Made by a program: the position numbers and the translations under genes. From Polyangia bacterium (GTDB lineage: Bacteria; Myxococcota_A; Polyangia; Polyangiales; JAUICN01): a DNA stretch of 64,000 nucleotides. The notes beneath the pieces were generated by a model, which was not told the origin of the DNA, did not search any database, and saw only the letters and a list, made by a program, of their open reading frames with translations. Within the stretch, counting starts at the first letter, position 1; the number at the start of each line of letters is the position of its first letter. The stretch covers positions 81,929-145,928 of the forward strand of contig JAUICN010000001.1 of assembly GCA_030427835.1 (NCBI GenBank), written 5' to 3'. Shown here one piece after another: positions 44,559 through 53,322 of this stretch.

Positions 44559-45791
44559 TTAGGACTGGGCGGAGGGGATGACGGAGGCGGAGGCCGGTGG
44601 AATCGTGGCCGTCCAGGTTCGGCGGGTGCCCGTGTCCTCGAAGGGCTTTCGAAGAATGCCGGCCATGAGGCCCCCATGGCGGGCGGCACCCAGGGAAACC
44701 ACTTCCGAGGGGGGAATGTGGTGAAGCGCGGGCTGGTCGAAGTAGGTGCTGACCGTGCGCTGGACCATGGGCATGTGGGAGAGCCCTCCCGTCAGCACGA
44801 CCGCTTTGATGGAGTTCACACTGAAGCCGGAGTCCCTGAGCAGGGCTTCGCAGGCCTGCACGGAGCGCTGCACCAGGTCCGCTACGAGCAGTTCCAGTTC
44901 TCGGCGGGTGACACGGGTTTGGAAGTGATTGTGGGGCCCACCGGCGGAGGGGACCAGAAAGGGCAACTCGATGTCGGCCTGGGAGTCGTAGGACAGCCGA
45001 ACCATGGCCCGTTCCGCCAGGTCGCTCAGCCTTTGTAGCGCCATGGGGTGTTCAAGCACGGTGGGGCCAATACGGGCTACGGAGTCCTGAACGAGTTTTC
45101 GGTAGAGTCGCCGCTGGACCTGCTCGCCATTGAGGCTGGTTTCCCGCCAGTTGGAAAGCATGCGCACGTTGCCGTCACCGACTTCCAATAGGGCGATTTC
45201 CACCGAGGAGGCCCCGAACTGGTACACCACCACGGGGCCGGTGATGCGATCCGCCAGCTGGTAGGCCTCGATGGCCGCCTCGGCCTCATTGATGACGCCA
45301 AGAACCTCGAGCCCTGCCTTGCCCGCCCAGGTGCGTAGCTCTTCCTTGGCGCTGTCGGGCCAGTGGGTGGGCGCCGCAATCACCCCCTGGAGGATGGAAC
45401 GGCCCACGTAGTCCTCGGCCAGGCGTTTGGCCTGGTGCAGGGTGCGTGCCCGCAGGTCTTCTGTGGACCGGATTCGGGAAGCCTGTTCAGAGGACGCCTG
45501 TGCGGATGAAGCCTGTTCAGAAGATGCCTGTGCAGAAGATGCCTGTACAGAAGATGCCAGGGAGACGTCGGGCCAGCTGCACCGTGTTCGGGAGGGGTTG
45601 AGTAGGTTCTGGCGTTTGGCCGTGTGCCCCCAGAACTCCCGTTCCATGGCGCTTTCGGCCCACACGGTGGGAATGTGCCGGTTGCCACCGCGGTCGGTGG
45701 CCACCTCCACGTTTCCCTCCCGTGCCACAGACGCACAGATGTTGTGTGTGCCTGCGTCCAGGCCCAGTACAGCCATTGGATTGTCTTTCAT
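44559..45791 (-). CDS. Hsp70/actin-fold ATPase-domain-only protein (DnaK-like NBD, no substrate-binding domain) with an internal pentapeptide repeat
   Basis: Phosphate-1 LGLDAGTHNICASV. AAPTHWPDSAKEELRTWAGKAGLEVLGVINEAEAAIEAY. Phosphate-2 VVVYQFGASSVEIALLEV. Adenosine motif VVLTGGLSHMPMVQRTV. Length 410 aa, so no SBD or lid. Confidence 0.7.
   Translation of the reverse strand: MKDNPMAVLGLDAGTHNICASVAREGNVEVATDRGGNRHIPTVWAESAMEREFWGHTAKRQNLLNPSRTRCSWPDVSLASSVQASSAQASSEQASSAQASSEQASRIRSTEDLRARTLHQAKRLAEDYVGRSILQGVIAAPTHWPDSAKEELRTWAGKAGLEVLGVINEAEAAIEAYQLADRITGPVVVYQFGASSVEIALLEVGDGNVRMLSNWRETSLNGEQVQRRLYRKLVQDSVARIGPTVLEHPMALQRLSDLAERAMVRLSYDSQADIELPFLVPSAGGPHNHFQTRVTRRELELLVADLVQRSVQACEALLRDSGFSVNSIKAVVLTGGLSHMPMVQRTVSTYFDQPALHHIPPSEVVSLGAARHGGLMAGILRKPFEDTGTRRTWTATIPPASASVIPSAQS
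45481..45555 (-). repeat. five tandem 15-nt coding repeats encoding (SS-x-QA)x5
   Basis: Plus strand: GCCTGTTCAGAGGAC GCCTGTGCGGATGAA GCCTGTTCAGAAGAT GCCTGTGCAGAAGAT GCCTGTACAGAAGAT. Translated on the minus strand: SSVQASSAQASSEQASSAQASSEQA. Confidence 0.9.
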
Positions 45792-45893
45792 ACCCCAACC
45801 GTCAGTCTCGGTGATTCAGAGACACAGGTCTAGCGTATTTTTACAAAATTACAGAACTTGACGACGGCAATGTCGTTGCCTGCGCAAAAAGTT

Positions 45894-46868
45894 TTAAGTG
45901 TGGTTTGGGGAAGCCATGAGATGTTCCATGAGTGCTTTTTGCGCGTGAAGGCGGTTTTCGGCCTCTTCCCAGACCCGGGATTGGGGCCCATCGATGACGT
46001 CGGCATCCACTTCTTCCCCACGGTGGGCAGGCAGGCAATGGAGGAAGATGGCGTCCTTTCGGGCGATCTGCATGCGGGCCGCGGTCACGTTGTAGTTGGC
46101 AAATACCTGGGCCCGGGCCCGGGCCTCGTCCTCCTGGCCCATGCTTGCCCACACGTCGGTGGTCACCACACGGGCCCCACGAACGGCCTTGTCCACGTCG
46201 GGAGTGACCTCCACGCAGCCGGTGTGCTGGCCGTTGGCCCAGGTGACGGCGTCCTCTAGGGGGCCATGTTTTTCAGGACATGCCACCCTCAAGGGAAAAC
46301 CTAGGATACCCGCCGCCAGGATCCATGAGTTGGCCATGTTGTTGCCATCCCCCACCCAGGCCACGGGCGCATCTACCAGGTTTTCACCAAAGGCGGATTG
46401 GGCGGTCATGAGGTCCGCCAGGATTTGGCAGGGGTGGTACAGGTCGGTGAGGCCGTTGATGATGGGAATGGAGGCGTGGGCACAGAGCTCCTCGAGCCGG
46501 TCGTGCCCGTGGGTGCGAAACACCACGCCGTGTACAAACCCGGAGAGCATGTGGGCGGTGTCAGAAATGGGCTCGCCACGGCCGAGCTGGGTGTCCTTGG
46601 CAAGCAAGGGTACGGGTTGGGCGCCGAGCTCCGCTGCACCCACCTCAAAACTGATGCGGGTTCGGGTGGAGGACTTTTCGAGCAGAATGGCCAGGGCCTT
46701 GCCTTGGAGCGGCCGGGGATGTTCGGGTGTGCCCCGGAGCTGCTTGAGAACGTGAGCGCGGGACAACAGGGCGCCGAGTTCCTGGGTGGAGAGGTCACGG
46801 AGGGTCCTGAGGTGCCGGGTTCTCGGATGCTGGGTTCCTTGGTTTGGGGCCTTAGGATGTTGGGGCAT
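45894..46868 (-). CDS. argF: ornithine carbamoyltransferase
   Basis: STRTRISFE, HPCQILADL, DVWASMGQE, HCLPAHRGEEV. Confidence 0.9.
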   Translation of the reverse strand: MPQHPKAPNQGTQHPRTRHLRTLRDLSTQELGALLSRAHVLKQLRGTPEHPRPLQGKALAILLEKSSTRTRISFEVGAAELGAQPVPLLAKDTQLGRGEPISDTAHMLSGFVHGVVFRTHGHDRLEELCAHASIPIINGLTDLYHPCQILADLMTAQSAFGENLVDAPVAWVGDGNNMANSWILAAGILGFPLRVACPEKHGPLEDAVTWANGQHTGCVEVTPDVDKAVRGARVVTTDVWASMGQEDEARARAQVFANYNVTAARMQIARKDAIFLHCLPAHRGEEVDADVIDGPQSRVWEEAENRLHAQKALMEHLMASPNHT

Positions 46869-48072
46869 GGGTCAATACTTCCTTTACGGCCAGGAGGGCT
46901 TCGTCGATCTCTTCGGGCAGGGTGTTTAGGGGGGGAACGAAACGCAACACGTTGTGACCGGCGCGGGTGAGCAGCACGCCCTTGTCTCGCAGGGCGACGA
47001 GCACCTGGAGTACGGGAATCGACTCCTTGAGCTTTGCGCCAACCATGAGCCCACGGCCGCGCACTTCTTCAATGGCGGAGATCCCTTGCTGCTCTTTCAT
47101 GGAATGGAGTCGCGCGCTCAGGTACTGGCCGGTGGTTTCGGCCCGGGCGATGAGGTCTTCCCCGTCCATGATGCGCAGGACAGCAAGGCCTGCGGCGCAC
47201 GCGAGCGGGTTGCCGCCGTAGGTGCTTCCATGGGAGCCCGGGGGTAGACCGTCGGCGAGTTTTTCGGTGACTGCGAGGGCGCCCAGGGGAAAGCCCCCAC
47301 CCATGCCCTTGGCGAGCGCACAGGCGTCGGGTGTGACGCCGCTCCACTCCTGGGCGAGGAAGCGGCCGGTCCGGCCGTAGCCCGTCTGCACTTCGTCAAA
47401 GAGCAACAACGCACCCCGGTCGTCGCAAAGCTTACGCAGGCCCTGCAGGTACGCGTCCCCAGCCACGGTGAGGCCACCCTCCCCCTGGATGGGTTCCACC
47501 AGTACGGCCGCGGTTTTGGAATCAACGGCGGCTTCCATGGCTGCCAGGTCATTGAAACCCACAAAGGTGATGTCGCCCACAAGCGGTTCCATGCCCTTCC
47601 GGTAGGCGGGTTGGCCGGTGACACTGAGGGCACCCATGGTGCGCCCGTGAAAGCTGCCGTGGGTGGAAATGATTTTCGTGCGCTCGGGGGCGCCGTGCAG
47701 GAACTGCCACTTGCGGGCAATCTTGAGCAGGGCCTCATTGGCCTCGGCACCACTGTTGGCAAAGTAGACCCGATCAAAGGCCGTGCGACGGGTGATTTCA
47801 GCCGCAAGTTCAATGCCCCGGTCATTGTAGAACATGTTGGAGGTGTGCATGAGGCGTGAGGCTTGCTCCGTGAGGGCCTGGACCATGGTGGGGTGGCTGT
47901 GACCGGCACAGAGCACGGCAATGCCCCCTGTGAGATCCAGGTAGCGCTTTCCCTCCACGTCCCAGACGTGCCGGCCCTGACCACGGGAGAGCACAAACGC
48001 AGGCGGGCGGTAGTTCGCCATCTGTGCGGTGGATGCGGTGTTCAGCAACTCCTGTTGGTCGACCTTTTCCAT
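46852..48072 (-). CDS. argD: acetylornithine aminotransferase
   Basis: Class-III aminotransferase: FANSGAEANEALLKIAR, LLFDEVQTGYGRTGRF, ALAKGMGGGFPLGA, STYGGNPLACA. The stop overlaps the argF start by 17 nt. Confidence 0.9.
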   Translation of the reverse strand: MEKVDQQELLNTASTAQMANYRPPAFVLSRGQGRHVWDVEGKRYLDLTGGIAVLCAGHSHPTMVQALTEQASRLMHTSNMFYNDRGIELAAEITRRTAFDRVYFANSGAEANEALLKIARKWQFLHGAPERTKIISTHGSFHGRTMGALSVTGQPAYRKGMEPLVGDITFVGFNDLAAMEAAVDSKTAAVLVEPIQGEGGLTVAGDAYLQGLRKLCDDRGALLLFDEVQTGYGRTGRFLAQEWSGVTPDACALAKGMGGGFPLGALAVTEKLADGLPPGSHGSTYGGNPLACAAGLAVLRIMDGEDLIARAETTGQYLSARLHSMKEQQGISAIEEVRGRGLMVGAKLKESIPVLQVLVALRDKGVLLTRAGHNVLRFVPPLNTLPEEIDEALLAVKEVLTHAPTS

Positions 48073-48111
48073 CGCCCGTGCCTAGCACGATCCGTCTGCT
48101 CGCGTCCAAGT

Positions 48112-48219
48112 CTAGACGGTGGGCCCAAATGGCGAACCTAGACGGTGGGCCCAGTTGGTGAACCTAGCTGGTGAACCTAGCTGGTGAACCTAGCTGGTGA
48201 ACCTAGCTGGTGAACCTAG
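48112..48219. repeat. nested direct-repeat array: 2 x 26 nt followed by 4 x 13 nt, every unit starting with CTAG
   Basis: CTAGACGGTGGGCCCAAATGGCGAAC, then CTAGACGGTGGGCCCAGTTGGTGAAC, then CTAGCTGGTGAAC x4 (perfect), then a terminal CTAG whose CTA is the argB stop codon. Lies in the argB-argD intergenic gap. Confidence 0.95.
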
Positions 48220-49085
48220 GCGGTCAGCTCGGTACCAATTCCCTGATCGGTAAACAACTCGAGCAACACGGCATGGCGCAGGCGGCCATCGATGATGTGT
48301 GCTTTTCCAACTCCGCCCTGGATGGCGTGAAGTGCACACTGGACCTTGGGGATCATGCCGCCGGCAATGGTGCCGGACTGGATAAGGTGTTTGATTTGCT
48401 TGGCGCTCAGGGAGGAGGCCACTTCACCCGTGGCGTCCTTGACCCCTTCAATGTCGGTCATGAGCACAAGTTTGCGGGCTTTGACGGCCTCGGCCACCGC
48501 ACCGGCCACGGTGTCACCGTTGACGTTGAGGGCCTTGCCGTCGCGGTCCACCGCCACTGGAGCAATGACAGGAATGAAGCCGGATTCGATGAGTTGCAGG
48601 ATGACATCCGGATTGACGTTGTGGACACGCCCTACCCTCCCCGGGTCCACGGTCTTGCCGCTCTGGGTGGACATATGGGTGACCCGTTCGGCGCGCATGA
48701 AGCCGTCGTCCTTTCCGGTGAGGCCCACCGCACGGCCCCCGTGGCCGCAGATGAGGGAAACGATTTCCTGGTTTACGGTTCCGCCCAGCACCATCTCCAC
48801 CACTTCCATGGTGCGTTCGTCGGTGACGCGCAGGCCATCCACCCGTTCGGATTCCACGCCCAGTGATTTGAGCTTTTCATCGATTTGGGGCCCGCCGCCG
48901 TGCACCACGATGGGGTGCAGGCCCACGTACTTCATGAGCACGATGTCCCGGGCAAAGCGGTCGCGTAGGGCTTCGTCGACCATGGCGTGACCGCCGTACT
49001 TGATGACGAGGATCTCTCCGTGAAACTTTCGAATGTAGGGCAGCGCTTCGTGGAGCACCGCCGCCTTTGCAACGTAATCTTCCAT
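48216..49085 (-). CDS. argB: acetylglutamate kinase
   Basis: VIKYGGHAM, PIVVHGGGPQI, NVNGDTVAGAVA, LTDIEGV (as MTDIEGV). Confidence 0.95.
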   Translation of the reverse strand: MEDYVAKAAVLHEALPYIRKFHGEILVIKYGGHAMVDEALRDRFARDIVLMKYVGLHPIVVHGGGPQIDEKLKSLGVESERVDGLRVTDERTMEVVEMVLGGTVNQEIVSLICGHGGRAVGLTGKDDGFMRAERVTHMSTQSGKTVDPGRVGRVHNVNPDVILQLIESGFIPVIAPVAVDRDGKALNVNGDTVAGAVAEAVKARKLVLMTDIEGVKDATGEVASSLSAKQIKHLIQSGTIAGGMIPKVQCALHAIQGGVGKAHIIDGRLRHAVLLELFTDQGIGTELTA

Positions 49086-49114
49086 CTGAGGATCCTTCTG
49101 TGCCGAATCCTATT

Positions 49115-50772
<1,658 letters not shown>

Positions 50773-50776
<4 letters not shown>

Positions 50777-51327
50777 GGGGTGTTCTCCGTAAGTTCTTCT
50801 ACGACCACGTTGTTGTTGGTGTAGACACAAATGTCGGCGGCGATGCGAATCGATTTTTCGGCAATCTCTTTTGCAGAAAGGGAGGTGTTTTCCTTGAGGG
50901 CCCGGGCAGAGGCCAGGGCGTAGGAACCACCGGAACCGATGGCGAGCATGCCCTCGTCGGACTCGATGACATCCCCGGTGCCGCTCACGAGAAACATGGC
51001 GTTCGCGTCCATGACGATCAGCATGGCCTCCAGGCGGCGCAGGTAGCGATCGGTGCGCCAATCCTTGGCCAGTTCCACCGCGGCGCGCTGAAGGCCCATG
51101 CGGTGCTCCCGAAGTTTGGATTCGAGACGGTCGAGCAGGGCAAAGGCATCGGCACTGGCTCCCGCAAACCCGGCAAGGATGTTGCCATCGGAAAGGCGGC
51201 GTACCTTCTTGGCACTGCCTTTCATCACGGTCTGGCCCAGGGAGACCTGCCCGTCGCCGGCCATGGCGGACATTCCATCACGGCGAACCGCAACAATGGT
51301 GGTGGAGCGAAAACGTTCAGTGGACAT
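50773..51327 (-). CDS. hslV: ATP-dependent protease subunit HslV
   Basis: N-terminal ..[11 protein letters not shown]...[21 protein letters not shown]. The active-site Thr follows the leader. [10 protein letters not shown]. Confidence 0.95.
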
Positions 51328-51422
51328 GAAGGCGCCAAACTAAGTCGCACAGGGTGGAAGTCAACGGCGCCACAGAATGGAAGCCACCGATGCTACATGG
51401 CGGAGCATTTGTGCAAAAACTA

Positions 51423-51494
51423 AAATTGTACCGCGCAGATAATTTTCAGAACAAGTGTAAATTGTAATTCTGCCGCGCAGATAATTTGCAGAAC
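51423..51494. repeat. AT-rich duplicated unit (42-bp period) in the hslV-xerC divergent spacer; candidate tandem promoter/operator
   Basis: Plus strand has ATTGTA-CCGCGCAGATAATTTTCAGAAC (51425-51452) and ATTGTA-ATTCTG-CCGCGCAGATAATTTGCAGAAC (51461-51494). The 22-nt cores differ at one base. In hslV sense, copy 1 reads TTGTTC-N18-TACAAT. Confidence 0.8.
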
Positions 51495-51573
51495 CGTTGG
51501 GCCTGGGGCAAGTCCATGACCTAGGGGAAGCCGGTTCATTGGAGCTCTCGGGCAACCCACGTAACCTACCCCT

Positions 51574-52554
51574 GTGCAGGCGGAGGTAGACGCGTTTTTG
51601 AGGGGGATCCGGGTGGAGCGGGGGTTGGCGGTTTCCACGGCGGAGGCCTACGGGCGGGACCTGGGGCAGTTTGGGGCCTACCTGGTGTCGGTGGGGGCAC
51701 CAGGGGATGTGGCTGGGATGACTGCGGATCACGTGCGCGGTTTTTTGGCCTCGCGGTTTGCCACGGACAGCCCGGCGACGCGGAGCCGCAAGCTTGCAAC
51801 GCTGCGGTCGTTCTTTCGGTTCCTGCTGGAGCGGGGGGCGGTGGAAAAGAACCCCGCAAGCCCGGTGCCCATGCCCAAGCTGCCTCGCAAGCTGCCTAGG
51901 TTTTTGGACACCCACGAGGCGGTGACCCTCGCTGAACAGGCGACACTGGCAGAACCCGTGGATGAAACCAAAGCTGCTGCCCAAGCGAAACCGACCTGCC
52001 AGGCAAAACCGAATGGTGAAGCCTTGGAGGTGCGCAACCGGGCGATTGTGGAGTTGCTGTACAGTGCGGGGATCCGGGTGGGGGAGCTTGCCGCGTTGGA
52101 CTGTGACGATGTGGCCCTTTCAGAAAAGCAGGTGCGGGTGTGGGGCAAGGGAGGCCGTGAGCGTGTGGTGCCCATCGGTGTGCCTTGCGTTGACGCCGTG
52201 CAAGCCTGGTGTGCGCTACGGCCTGGGGTATTGGCGAGGGGCAAGGCATCCCCTGCAACGGCACGCTTGTTTTTGGGGCGGTACGGCACACCGCTAACCG
52301 CGCGGCAGGTGCAGAATATTGTGCGCACGGCAGGTGTGGCGTTTCTGGGTCGACCGGATGTACACCCCCACATGCTGCGCCACAGCTGCGCCACCCACTT
52401 GTTGGATGCGGGCGGCGACCTGCGGGGCATCCAGGAGTTTCTGGGGCACCAAAGCCTTTCCACCACCCAGCGCTACACCCACGTCACCGCCGATCGATTG
52501 CGGGAGGTCTACGCAAAGGCCCACCCCCTCGCGAACAAGGAAAGCAACGGCTAA
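51574..52554 (+). CDS. xerC: tyrosine recombinase XerC/XerD family
   Basis: N-terminal SAM-like domain: FLRGIRVERGLAVSTAEAYGRDLGQF. Catalytic domain: ELLYSAGIRVGELAAL, VWGKGGRERVVPIG, HPHMLRHSCATHLLDAGGDLRGIQEFLGHQSLSTTQRYTHV. This gives the R..K..H-R-H..Y set. GTG start. Confidence 0.85.
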   Translation: MQAEVDAFLRGIRVERGLAVSTAEAYGRDLGQFGAYLVSVGAPGDVAGMTADHVRGFLASRFATDSPATRSRKLATLRSFFRFLLERGAVEKNPASPVPMPKLPRKLPRFLDTHEAVTLAEQATLAEPVDETKAAAQAKPTCQAKPNGEALEVRNRAIVELLYSAGIRVGELAALDCDDVALSEKQVRVWGKGGRERVVPIGVPCVDAVQAWCALRPGVLARGKASPATARLFLGRYGTPLTARQVQNIVRTAGVAFLGRPDVHPHMLRHSCATHLLDAGGDLRGIQEFLGHQSLSTTQRYTHVTADRLREVYAKAHPLANKESNG

Positions 52555-52865
52555 TCCGCACCGGTGGCAGAATCAACGACCCGCAACTTGGCCGCGGGGC
52601 ACCACAACCATGGGTTCCATATTGAACGTTTCCACCTGGATGCTTGGGCTGTGTTGAAATCCCGTGACGGAACTGCTCTGACCGTTGCTGCCTGTGGCAA
52701 CGCCCATGTAAATGGCCAAGGTCGCGCTCAACTAAAAGCGACCCAGGTTCGATTATTTTACAGTGATTTCAAGGCCCTACCTTGGAGACGCTCACTTGCG
52801 GGGCGATTGACCCAGGTTGGGGTCAAAATCGGGTGAGACCCTCTGGTGTTGGCTTGGGGCGCCTT

Positions 52866-53273
52866 CTAGTGCTGCTTTCGGGGGGGTGGGTCTTCTCGAA
52901 AGCTGGCGGGCTCGACACCGTCGTTGTGGATGTGGATGTGGACCCAGGAGTTCTCCAGGGTGGCTTTCCAACGGCTACGGGAGGGTGCGTAGAACTGTGA
53001 CGGTAGGCGGCGGCGGCCGATTTCTCGGGTGGGCAGTTGGCCTTCTGGCGGGGTGTCGCGAAGCACGATCCAACGGTGTTCTTCGGAGCCCTCGGTGCAC
53101 TGGCGGGAATCCTCGCGGACCTGGATGCCGGGGGCCAGGGTGCGGGTTTCAAGCACGGCGAAGGGGCAACGGTCTTCGGAATAGGCCCACTCCACCCGAG
53201 CCACGAAGATGGCCACGCCAGCAAAGAGCAGAACCGCGGGAGCTGCGGCGGCCACAGCCAACACCTTCTTCAT
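52866..53273 (-). CDS. hypothetical membrane-anchored protein
   Basis: MKKVLAVAAAAPAVLLFAGVAIFVA signal/anchor from the ATG at 53273. Downstream of trmFO on the same strand. No motif recognised. Confidence 0.4.
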   Translation of the reverse strand: MKKVLAVAAAAPAVLLFAGVAIFVARVEWAYSEDRCPFAVLETRTLAPGIQVREDSRQCTEGSEEHRWIVLRDTPPEGQLPTREIGRRRLPSQFYAPSRSRWKATLENSWVHIHIHNDGVEPASFREDPPPRKQH

Positions 53274-53322
53274 GGGGGTCCAGCCACGTGGTGCAGCCGT
53301 AGGAGACTCGGCGGCGGGAGTC

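Noticed and set aside
48112-48219. The 13-nt and 26-nt repeat array considered as a possible CRISPR array.
   Set aside because: The units are directly adjacent with no spacers. The repeat length is far below CRISPR repeats. No cas genes are in the window.
51574-52554. The tyrosine recombinase considered as a phage or ICE integrase marking a mobile element, given the nearby T-loop-like sequence at about 52755-52765.
   Set aside because: The protein has full XerC/XerD-type N-terminal and catalytic signatures. It sits in the classic trmFO / hslVU neighbourhood. I saw no phage, conjugation or cargo genes and no direct repeats of an att type.
52709-52775. A possible tRNA or tRNA fragment (TGTAAA...TTTACA outer stem, GGTCGC/GCGACC inner stem, GGTTCGATT).
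   Set aside because: There is no complementary T-stem, no D-arm, and the total length between the outer stems is too short. At most it is a decayed remnant. It is kept only as a low-interest finding.
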